Below, in pieces: positions 19,555-27,190 of a stretch of 32,000 nt of DNA. The notes under the pieces were generated by a model. That model was given only the letters and a program-made list of their open reading frames with translations, made no database searches and was not told the origin of the DNA. The stretch lies in the NCBI RefSeq assembly GCF_000011805.1, contig NC_006840.2; one strand, written 5' to 3'. Origin of the DNA: Aliivibrio fischeri ES114 (GTDB taxonomy: Bacteria > Pseudomonadota > Gammaproteobacteria > Enterobacterales > Vibrionaceae). A program made the position numbers and the translations under genes. Each line of letters opens with the position of its first letter. The first letter of the stretch is position 1.

Positions 19555-19665
19555 ATGGACATATTAACTCTTATATTTGGCTCAGTACTTTTAGTTTTAG
19601 TCATAGGCTTTTTTATCTCCTTTTGCAAAGGACTTATTAACGAATATAAAGAGCTACATAAATGA
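19555..19665 (+). CDS. Small (36 aa) single-TM protein, not in ORF track
   Basis: MDILTLIFGSVLLVLVIGFFISFCKGLINEYKELHK. SD gaggtg ends 6 nt upstream and a terminator follows 13 nt downstream. Confidence 0.45.
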   Translation: MDILTLIFGSVLLVLVIGFFISFCKGLINEYKELHK

Positions 19666-19677
19666 TAGACCCAATTT

Positions 19678-19710
19678 AAAAGCAGCTTTCTCGGCTGCTT
19701 TTTCATTTTT
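19678..19710 (+). terminator. Rho-independent terminator
   Basis: Stem aaagcagc / gctgcttt with loop tttctcg, followed by ttttcattttt. Confidence 0.75.
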
Positions 19711-19797
19711 GTGACTACCAGTTAAAAAGTTATCCTGCCACTCTTGATAAAATTTCACTACAATAGGTCTAGCTTAATTCACAGTTATCGAGGCTCT

Positions 19798-21483
19798 ATG
19801 CGACATTTTATTTGGATCTTACTCTTCTTTAGTTCACTTTCCTTTGCTAGCGAAGCACAAGACTTAAGTCATTTAGAGAAAATTAATGCGGAAATTGCAC
19901 GACTAAAAACCGAGTCAAACTCATTTAGCGGCAGTGAATTGGCTATTATTCGAGTTCAACAAGTCGAAAAAAATAATGAACTGCGATCTGTTTTATCACA
20001 GCTAATTCAAGAACATGACAAAACAACAAAAGAGCTTTTAATCTCAGAGGTGAATAATCAAATTGGTTATGCAGAGCGATCTTTTGCCTATTTAGATAAA
20101 GAACTAAAATCAAAACAAGCACAACTTGATAAAGCTGACATTGAACATAAGCTAGCGCTTCAAAACACATTAAAAGAAACCCGAGACTATTATTACCTAT
20201 CCCTTAGCGACCAGCTTGAAAACTACCAATGGCTCGCAGATCTTGGTGAATCTAACGAAGCTCAAATCGATGCGTTCAAATTACTCATTGATCAAAAAAT
20301 CAAATTTCTTTCTGCTTCATTAAGCTTTGATGCTAGCCGTGAACAACGTTTATCCGACCAACTTCAACACTCTTCTGAATCAGAAAAATCATCATTAACC
20401 CTAGATCACCTGTTCTTTGAGCGTAAAGTATTTAACTCTACATCAGGGTTAGAAAAACTGATCAGTATTGCCGATCAGTTGGACATCAATACCACCGACT
20501 ATAAACGTCAGCTATTTTCGACAACGGGTAACCTAACAGAAGATATTCTTAAGTTCCCTGTTATTGCTGCCATCTTAAGTAATTGGATATCTTCAGGTAG
20601 TAACTGGCTACTTAAACACGCTCCGGATCAGCTATTAAAATTCTTAGTCTTTATTCTGATCTTATTTGCTACCCGCTTAATTGCCCGTTTAACAAGCCGC
20701 GTGGTATTAAAAGCAGTTGTTCAGCCTCATTTACGCATGAGTAAATTGATGCAAGACTTCTTTGTATCCATGTCGAGCAAGCTCATTTACTTTATTGGTA
20801 TCCTAATCGCCTTTTCAAAAATCGGATTAGATCTGGCACCTGTATTAACAGGTTTCGGTGTTGCCGGTATTATTATTGGTTTCGCATTACAAGATACGTT
20901 ATCTAACTTCGCATCGGGCATGATGCTACTTATCTATCGCCCATTCGATGTCGGTGATTTAGTAGAAGCGGGTAGCGTATCAGGCAAAGTAAGCCACATG
21001 AGCCTAGTAAACACCACCATCAAAACCTTTGATAACCAAATCATTATTCTACCTAACAGTATGATTTGGGGGGATGTAATCAAAAACGTCACCCACGAGA
21101 GAGTGAGACGTGTGGACATGGTATTTGGGATAGGATACGAAGACAGCATAGAGCACGCAGAGAAAATCTTAGCTGAGATTGTAGACGCACACCCTGCAGC
21201 ATTGAAAAAACCAGAACCAAACATCAGAGTCCACACATTAGGTGCTTCTTCTGTTGATTTCATTGTTCGTCCTTGGGTAAAAACCGATGACTATTGGGAT
21301 GTGTATTGGGACATTACTCGTGAAGTAAAACTGCGTTTTGATAAAGAAGGGATTTCGATTCCATTCGCACAGCAAGATGTGCACGTTCACTTTGCGAAGA
21401 AAGATAAAAAACCAAAGAAGCCAAATCCAATTACCGAGAAAATTGGTAACGTGATTGACTCAGTAAGATCAAAAGACAGCTAA
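19798..21483 (+). CDS. MscS-family mechanosensitive channel with large N-terminal periplasmic helical domain
   Basis: The ATG at 19798 gives signal peptide MRHFIWILLFFSSLSFASEA (the track start at 19744 is a TTG). The C-terminal half has the MscS core (GFALQDTLSNFASGMMLLIYRPFDVGD...IILPNS). Confidence 0.85.
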   Translation: MRHFIWILLFFSSLSFASEAQDLSHLEKINAEIARLKTESNSFSGSELAIIRVQQVEKNNELRSVLSQLIQEHDKTTKELLISEVNNQIGYAERSFAYLDKELKSKQAQLDKADIEHKLALQNTLKETRDYYYLSLSDQLENYQWLADLGESNEAQIDAFKLLIDQKIKFLSASLSFDASREQRLSDQLQHSSESEKSSLTLDHLFFERKVFNSTSGLEKLISIADQLDINTTDYKRQLFSTTGNLTEDILKFPVIAAILSNWISSGSNWLLKHAPDQLLKFLVFILILFATRLIARLTSRVVLKAVVQPHLRMSKLMQDFFVSMSSKLIYFIGILIAFSKIGLDLAPVLTGFGVAGIIIGFALQDTLSNFASGMMLLIYRPFDVGDLVEAGSVSGKVSHMSLVNTTIKTFDNQIIILPNSMIWGDVIKNVTHERVRRVDMVFGIGYEDSIEHAEKILAEIVDAHPAALKKPEPNIRVHTLGASSVDFIVRPWVKTDDYWDVYWDITREVKLRFDKEGISIPFAQQDVHVHFAKKDKKPKKPNPITEKIGNVIDSVRSKDS

Positions 21484-21488
21484 ACAAA

Positions 21489-21522
21489 AGTGCCATGCGT
21501 ATTCAATAATAGGCATGGCACT
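21489..21522. terminator. Bidirectional terminator between the MscS and LysE genes
   Basis: 10-bp stem agtgccatgc / gcatggcact with aaaa upstream and gtttcatt downstream. Confidence 0.65.
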
Positions 21523-21566
21523 GTTTCATTCATCTTTTATATCAAGCTTGACACTTTAAAAACAAA

Positions 21567-22196
21567 CTATTTAGAAACAAGTAAGTTCACACCAAGCATC
21601 ACAAGTACCGCCCCTGTCACCCTTTCAATTCTATTTTTAACCACAGAGCTAGACATTAACTGCTTGGCTTTTTCCACCAACAAAGCAACGCCACCCTGCC
21701 ATATCATCGCAATAACAAAATGAATACTCGCCATCAATAATGATTGAGCAAACGCGCTGTACTCAGGGTTAATAAATTGCGGTAATAATGCCAAATAAAA
21801 TACTGCGGTTTTTGGGTTCAAGATATTAGATAAAAACCCTTCTTTAAACGACACTTTTAATGACGGCGCTTCAAGGCTTTTATTGCTGCTCGTGTCTATG
21901 GCTTGTGAGTGACTAAAAGTACTTCTTATGGATTGCACACCAAGCCAAATAAGATAAATCGCACCAATGGTTTTCACTACGGTAAACAACTCAGCCGAAC
22001 TCACCAATACCACAGACAAACCAACCGCTGACATAGTTGCATGAACAAATAGCCCACAACAAATACCAAGACTGCAAGTTATACCATCTTTCCAACCACC
22101 ACGTGTTGTATTACGAATAACTAACGCCGTATCTAAACCAGGTGTCATTGTTAACAGCAATATGGCAATAAAAAATGCCCAAAAATCCATTATCAT
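21567..22196 (-). CDS. LysE/RhtB-family amino-acid exporter
   Basis: 209 aa with 5-6 TM segments. The N-terminal FFIAILLLTMTPGLDTALVIRNT is typical of the LysE superfamily. Confidence 0.8.
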   Translation of the reverse strand: MIMDFWAFFIAILLLTMTPGLDTALVIRNTTRGGWKDGITCSLGICCGLFVHATMSAVGLSVVLVSSAELFTVVKTIGAIYLIWLGVQSIRSTFSHSQAIDTSSNKSLEAPSLKVSFKEGFLSNILNPKTAVFYLALLPQFINPEYSAFAQSLLMASIHFVIAMIWQGGVALLVEKAKQLMSSSVVKNRIERVTGAVLVMLGVNLLVSK

Positions 22197-22713
22197 AAAA
22201 TATCCATTTTTTACTTTTATCTCGTTTTATAACAATCCGTTTAAAAAAGCTATCAAATTCCCAACCTAGAGTATTAATTCTATTGATTACCACCCCTCAT
22301 AAATTCACCATATTTATATAAAATAGGCCATATATAGATCTTTTTGACCTTTATCGGAAAGTTATTTGTGTGATATACGGTTAAAGTACACGCATTCATA
22401 TCACGGGGTAAACAGCAATGAATCATGTAAAATTTGAATATCAAATCATGGGGATTGGAAGGTGGATTTCGGCAACCGTCTCTTTGGATATTGCAACCAA
22501 ATTAGCAGAAGAATATACATCTTACGGTTGGCCCGTAAAAATTAGCTAATACATTTTCTCATCCTTTTCGAATTAGCTTCTCTCTCATTTGGCCTCGAAC
22601 TCTCGGGGTCATTTTTTGATATTTTAAAAATCACTGAATAACTCACTACCCTATCTTAAGACAATCGCGATATCATGAGCCTTAACTAAAAAACCTTACA
22701 AGGAACTAGCCTC

Positions 22714-24198
22714 ATGAGTCATTATCAGAAACTTGTTGCTCACAGTTTAAAAATATCTCGTTTTGAACACTTATCTGCAATTTGCGGTTGGGATCAAGCC
22801 GCTGTAATGCCATCAGGCGGTAACGACGCTCGTTCAGAAGCCATGGCCGAGCTTTCTGTACATCTTCATAAACTGGGTACAGAACCACAACTAGCGGAAT
22901 GGTTTGATAAAGCAGAATCAGAATCTTTATCTGCTAATGAACAAGCAAGCCTTCGTGAAATGAAATCAAAATGGCAACAAACCACAGCCCTACCTGAAAC
23001 GCTAGTAGAAGCACAATCGTTAGCAGGCTCTAAATGTGAGCACGCTTGGCGCTCACAACGCAGTGAAAACGACTGGGATGGCTTTAGTAAAAACTTTGCA
23101 GAAGTCGTTGCCCTATCTCAAGAAGAGGCACAAATCCGAGCGGAGATCACAGGCCTAACCCCTTATGATGCCATGCTTGATTTATATGAGCCGGGAACCA
23201 CCACAGCAAAACTGGATGTGGTATTTAATGACGTAAAATCATGGCTACCAGCGCTCATCCAAAACATCCAAGAGAAACAAGCAACAGAGTCTATCTATTT
23301 GCCTCAAGGTCATTACCCAACCGAGCAACAACGCCAGTTGAGTTTGGATGTAATGAAGTTTTTAAACTTTGATTTTAACCATGGTCGTCTTGATGTCAGC
23401 ATGCACCCTTTCTGTGGCGGCGTACCAACTGATGTTCGTATAACCACGCGTTACGATGAAAACGATTTTGTGCAATCTTTGATGGGAACCGTTCACGAGA
23501 CAGGACACGCTCGTTACGAACAAGGTTTACCAAAAGAATTTGCAGGCCTTGCCGTTGGTGAAGCACGCTCAATGGGGATTCACGAATCTCAAAGCCTGTT
23601 TTTTGAAATGCAGTTAGGCCGCAGTGCTGAGTTTATTTCTCAACTATCACCATTAGTGCAAAAGAACTTTGTGAATGCGGATCAGAAGATCTTTGAAACA
23701 GATAACCTGCAAAAAATCTACACTCGCGTAAAACCTGATTTTATCCGTGTCGATGCCGATGAAGCAACATACCCTGCTCACGTTATTTTACGTTATGAAA
23801 TCGAACGTGATTTAATGAATGGTAACATCAGCTATAAAGATATCCCTGAACTGTGGGATGCAAAAATGCAGCAATACCTAGGTTTAACCACCAAAGGCAA
23901 TTACAAAAACGGTTGTATGCAAGACATTCACTGGACAGACGGCAGCTTTGGTTACTTCCCAAGTTACACATTAGGTGCCATGTACGCAGCACAGTTTATG
24001 TCAGCAATGAAACAAACCGTAGATGTAGAGAAAGCCACACTAAGCGGTGATTTAAGCCCTATTTTCACTTGGTTATCAGATAATATCTGGAGCAAGGCAT
24101 CACTATTCTCAACCGATGATTTAGTGAAGCAGGCAACGGGTGATGTGCTAAATGCGAGTTTCTTTAAAGCACACTTAGAGAAGCGTTATTTGGGATAA
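22714..24198 (+). CDS. M32 (Taq-type) metallocarboxypeptidase
   Basis: HETGH (HEXXH), HPFCGG, DVRITTRY, GIHESQS, IRVDADEATY and GCMQDIHW are all M32 signature blocks. Confidence 0.9.
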   Translation: MSHYQKLVAHSLKISRFEHLSAICGWDQAAVMPSGGNDARSEAMAELSVHLHKLGTEPQLAEWFDKAESESLSANEQASLREMKSKWQQTTALPETLVEAQSLAGSKCEHAWRSQRSENDWDGFSKNFAEVVALSQEEAQIRAEITGLTPYDAMLDLYEPGTTTAKLDVVFNDVKSWLPALIQNIQEKQATESIYLPQGHYPTEQQRQLSLDVMKFLNFDFNHGRLDVSMHPFCGGVPTDVRITTRYDENDFVQSLMGTVHETGHARYEQGLPKEFAGLAVGEARSMGIHESQSLFFEMQLGRSAEFISQLSPLVQKNFVNADQKIFETDNLQKIYTRVKPDFIRVDADEATYPAHVILRYEIERDLMNGNISYKDIPELWDAKMQQYLGLTTKGNYKNGCMQDIHWTDGSFGYFPSYTLGAMYAAQFMSAMKQTVDVEKATLSGDLSPIFTWLSDNIWSKASLFSTDDLVKQATGDVLNASFFKAHLEKRYLG

Positions 24199-24240
24199 AA
24201 GCTAGACGTTAATTCGCAGCTTTACTCTAAGTAATTAAGA

Positions 24241-24275
24241 AAATGGATGTAGTTTTGGCTGCATCCATTTTTTGT
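24241..24275 (+). terminator. Rho-independent terminator after the carboxypeptidase gene
   Basis: Stem aaatggatg / catccattt followed by tttttg. Confidence 0.75.
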
Positions 24276-24305
24276 TCAATATCTAATAAACCATTCCTCA
24301 CCCTC

Positions 24306-24324
24306 CTATTCCATTTGGGAATAG
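24306..24324. promoter_or_regulatory. Candidate LysR-type (T-N11-A) dyad upstream of the ThrC-like gene
   Basis: CTATTCC-ATTTG-GGAATAG has perfect 7-bp arms and contains TTCC-N5-GGAA with T-N11-A spacing. Its centre is about 96 nt upstream of the ATG at 24411. Confidence 0.35.
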
Positions 24325-24410
24325 AACGAATACCGAGCTTTCCTTTATAAAATAAAAAAATCGCCCGTAGAATATTTCTTCTAATTCATCAAACTTAGAA
24401 GTGACCATCC

Positions 24411-25541
24411 ATGAAATACCTCTGTATGGCGTGTAATAAAGAATACGCACCGAAACCTGAACTCATTAAATGTGAATGTGGCTCCGCCCTATGGGTTAAA
24501 CCTCAAACGTCATTTAGTAAAAAAGATCTCATAGAAAATGAATTCACACCTAGACGCTATTCTAGTGCTTTCCCAGTAAAAAAAGACGATATCAATATCA
24601 CTTTCAATGAAGCCATCACACCTCTTTGCCAAGCTGAAATATCAGGAACTCCAATACTGGTTAAACTCGATTCGCTACAACCAACAGGCTCATTTAAAGA
24701 CCGAGGTGCCTCTCTTGTAATCAATTACCTTAACAACCATGGAATAACAAGCATTGCAGAAGACTCAAGCGGTAATGGAGGAAGTGCTTATGCCGGTTAT
24801 GCCGCTAAAGGAAACATGCAATGCAACATATTTGTGCCTGCTGGAACATCCAAAGGAAAGACAACACAAACCCGATTATACGGCGCTAACTGTATTGAAG
24901 TAGAAGGAACAAGAGAAGATGTTGCTCTAGCTGCAATAGAGAGCAGCGTCACTCATGGAAGTCATTATGTTGGGCATAACTGGCATCCCCTATTTATCGA
25001 AGGCGTCAAATCCATCGCTTATGAAATATGGGAACAGTGTGGATATAAAGCCCCTGATAATTTTGTTGTTCCCGCAGGAAATGGAAGTTTACTCGCTGGA
25101 GCATATATCGGTTTCTCTGAATTATTAAAAGGCGGAGAAATAAGCAAACTCCCTCGCCTTTTTGGTATTCAAAGTGAAAGCATTCAGCCGTTTGTACAAA
25201 CCTTTAACAATAAAGAAATCAACATTACTTCAGAAGATACCATTGCTGAGGGTATTAAGATTAAGCGTTCATCACGAATGAATGAGATCGTTCAATTTGT
25301 AAAAGAAACGAATGGGAATTTTATTAGTGTTAATGAACAACAAATCCAATCAGCATTAAAAGAGATGGGAGCACAAGGATACTTTATCGAACCAACATCA
25401 GCGACGGCATTTGCAGGAATCGCTCAGCTTATAAAAACGCAAGAAATCAAACCTGACGAGCTTACCGTTGGAGTCGTAACCGGAAATGGACTCAAAGCAA
25501 CAAACTCAATTGAACATTTAATCAATGATATGAGAGGTTAA
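24411..25541 (+). CDS. Threonine-synthase-like fold-type II PLP enzyme with N-terminal Cys4 zinc ribbon
   Basis: CMACNK...CECGS at the N-terminus, PLP-lysine motif PTGSFKDRG, and glycine-rich SSGNGGSA. The 376-aa 'short ThrC-like' architecture is not in a thrABC context. Confidence 0.75.
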   Translation: MKYLCMACNKEYAPKPELIKCECGSALWVKPQTSFSKKDLIENEFTPRRYSSAFPVKKDDINITFNEAITPLCQAEISGTPILVKLDSLQPTGSFKDRGASLVINYLNNHGITSIAEDSSGNGGSAYAGYAAKGNMQCNIFVPAGTSKGKTTQTRLYGANCIEVEGTREDVALAAIESSVTHGSHYVGHNWHPLFIEGVKSIAYEIWEQCGYKAPDNFVVPAGNGSLLAGAYIGFSELLKGGEISKLPRLFGIQSESIQPFVQTFNNKEINITSEDTIAEGIKIKRSSRMNEIVQFVKETNGNFISVNEQQIQSALKEMGAQGYFIEPTSATAFAGIAQLIKTQEIKPDELTVGVVTGNGLKATNSIEHLINDMRG

Positions 25542-25543
25542 TA

Positions 25544-25921
25544 ATGAAATATATTCAAACTAAAAACTCATTAAAAGCAGCAGGACATTACTCTCAAGCG
25601 ATAGTACATAATGGGTTAATTTACGTATCTGGCCAATTACCAATTAACCCAAACACAGGGGAAAAAATAAACGGCGATATAAGCCAACAAACCCGTCGTG
25701 TATTAGATAATTTGAACACAATTCTTGAAGAAGTAGGAAGCGATCTTCAACAAGTATTAAAACTGGTTATCTACATTTCAGACATTGATATGTGGGACAC
25801 GGTTAATGATATTTGCAAAGAGTACTTTATCGATCATAAACCGGTGCGAACCATAGTACCAACCAGAGAATTGCACTTTGGATTAAAGATTGAGGTCGAT
25901 TGCATCGCTATATGTGAATAA
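25544..25921 (+). CDS. RidA/YjgF-family reactive enamine/imine deaminase
   Basis: 125 aa. AAGHYSQAIVHNGLIYVSGQLPINPNTGE...RTIVPTRELHFGLKIEVDCIA is the typical RidA pattern. It starts 2 nt after the upstream stop. Confidence 0.88.
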   Translation: MKYIQTKNSLKAAGHYSQAIVHNGLIYVSGQLPINPNTGEKINGDISQQTRRVLDNLNTILEEVGSDLQQVLKLVIYISDIDMWDTVNDICKEYFIDHKPVRTIVPTRELHFGLKIEVDCIAICE

Positions 25922-25925
25922 CGCC

Positions 25926-26771
25926 TCATAGCTTAATATTTACGTGCTCAGAAAGTGCGGTAATGACTTTCTGAACTCGCTCTAATCGATAATTATTTTG
26001 TCTAGTGCATATATAGATGGGTCTAAAAAGCGGTTTGAGCTCGCTATATTGATATAAATAACGCTCTTCTATATTTAATGCTTTTATTACCGAAAAAGGA
26101 ATCAGTGCCGGAGCAGTCCCTTGTAATGCTAAATGGGCTGCTGCGGTATATGAATCTAGCTCCATTATAGGGTTCACTTTTAAGGCTTCTAAAATAACCG
26201 ACTGATGAGTATTCGCACTGTTTGTCAGATCCGTTGTTATCAATTCATTAGGTAGCTTATCCAAATGTTTGTTACTAACAACATAAAATGGTTCATCGAA
26301 AAGATGAAAGCTTAATAACCCATGTCCAGATGGTAAATACCCAGCACAAAGGCCTAGTGTCGCTTTTCCTGATTTTACATTTTCAACAATTCGTGGCGTG
26401 TGATTCGTTGTAACGGTAAAATTTGGGTCATCATGAAAACATGTTGATAGCGCTTGGCTGAAATACCCCGCCACAAGCGTTTCAGAACAATCAATTCTAA
26501 GTAAAGAATCATTCGCTAAAGCTTGTTGTTCATATATGCGTCCACAAAGTTCGCTAAACGTTGGAGCGATATTGTCAATTAGCGATTTAGCATCCGCCGT
26601 GAGTGTGACATAACGACCATTAGGTTCTATTAATTTTTTCCCTAAACGCTTTTCTAGTTTTGTAATACGCTTACTCACCGCAGATTGACTAAGGTACAGT
26701 ACGCTGCCTGTACGACTCATTGTCTTCTCTTTACTTAAAACTAAAAGTGTTTCAATACCTTCAAGTAACAT
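25926..26771 (-). CDS. LysR-family transcriptional regulator
   Basis: N-terminal wHTH (TMSRTGSVLYLSQSAVSKRITKLEKRLGKKLIE) plus a substrate-binding domain. It is convergent with the RidA gene with only a 4-nt gap. Confidence 0.85.
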   Translation of the reverse strand: MLLEGIETLLVLSKEKTMSRTGSVLYLSQSAVSKRITKLEKRLGKKLIEPNGRYVTLTADAKSLIDNIAPTFSELCGRIYEQQALANDSLLRIDCSETLVAGYFSQALSTCFHDDPNFTVTTNHTPRIVENVKSGKATLGLCAGYLPSGHGLLSFHLFDEPFYVVSNKHLDKLPNELITTDLTNSANTHQSVILEALKVNPIMELDSYTAAAHLALQGTAPALIPFSVIKALNIEERYLYQYSELKPLFRPIYICTRQNNYRLERVQKVITALSEHVNIKL

Positions 26772-27024
26772 CGCATTATCTTATGAAAATTAGGAATAAT
26801 TAACTCAGTTTATCTATGTTTTATGATGCTTGCAAAAAAGTTGATGGGGAATGATTTGTTTATCGAACTTTGAAAAACATTCAGAGACAACCTTAAACGG
26901 CTTTCATTTTGTAATTCGTGTTTGAGCAACACTTTATCCCCTATAAGGGATAAGAACTGCTTTATCCTCGATCGGGGATATTACAGATATGATGAGGTAT
27001 GGTATTACGGAAAAATATCCCGTA

Positions 27025-27062
27025 TCAAAAAATGGATGTGGTTATTTAAAACCACATCCATT
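27025..27062 (-). terminator. Rho-independent terminator of the three-gene operon
   Basis: Perfect 13-bp stem aatggatgtggtt / aaccacatccatt with a 6-nt loop. On the minus strand it is followed by tttttt. It lies about 130 nt downstream of the stop at 27191. Confidence 0.8.
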
Positions 27063-27190
27063 CTTATATTAATTAACTTATTTTTAATAAAAATATTTGA
27101 TTATAAATAATGTTTGAACAATATTTGCTAACCTCAACAAAAATAAATCAGTATAAATCTCATTGACTCAACTCACATTACTACCCAGAA

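Noticed and set aside
19446-19640. 64-aa TTG-initiated ORF after the symporter gene
   Set aside because: It has a non-ATG start and no RBS. It overlaps, out of frame, the 36-aa ORF (19555-19665), which has a strong SD and its own terminator.
19946-21263. Minus-strand ORFs inside the MscS gene (19946-20170, 20934-21263)
   Set aside because: Antisense shadows of a well-supported channel gene.
21490-21723. 77-aa plus-strand ORF
   Set aside because: It starts inside the terminator hairpin and runs antisense to the LysE-family gene.
22111-22293. 60-aa minus-strand ORF overlapping the LysE gene start
   Set aside because: It is out of frame with and overlaps the 5' end of the LysE-family gene, and it has no RBS.
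22418-22549. 43-aa ORF (MNHVKFEYQIMGIGRWISATVSLDIATKLAEEYTSYGWPVKIS) in the 517-bp LysE/M32 intergenic region, with a weak downstream hairpin and T-run (about 22592-22617)
   Set aside because: The RBS is poor (gggg 10 nt upstream), the hairpin is only 6 bp with a wobble, and I recognise no family. It is worth a tblastn conservation check, but the sequence alone does not support calling it a gene.
23853-24050. 65-aa out-of-frame ORF inside the M32 carboxypeptidase gene
   Set aside because: It overlaps a CDS that carries all the M32 signature motifs.
24241-27062. Similarity between two terminator hairpins (aaaatggatgtagtt... at 24241 and aaaaatggatgtggtt... at 27029) as a possible repeat family bracketing a mobile unit
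   Set aside because: The shared string is only about 12 nt and the rest of the hairpins differ. It is most simply coincidence between AT-rich terminators.
26922-27110. 62-aa TTG-initiated ORF in the islet tail
   Set aside because: It has a non-ATG start and no RBS. It is read through the TATCC dyads and the 13-bp terminator stem, and its product is low-complexity.
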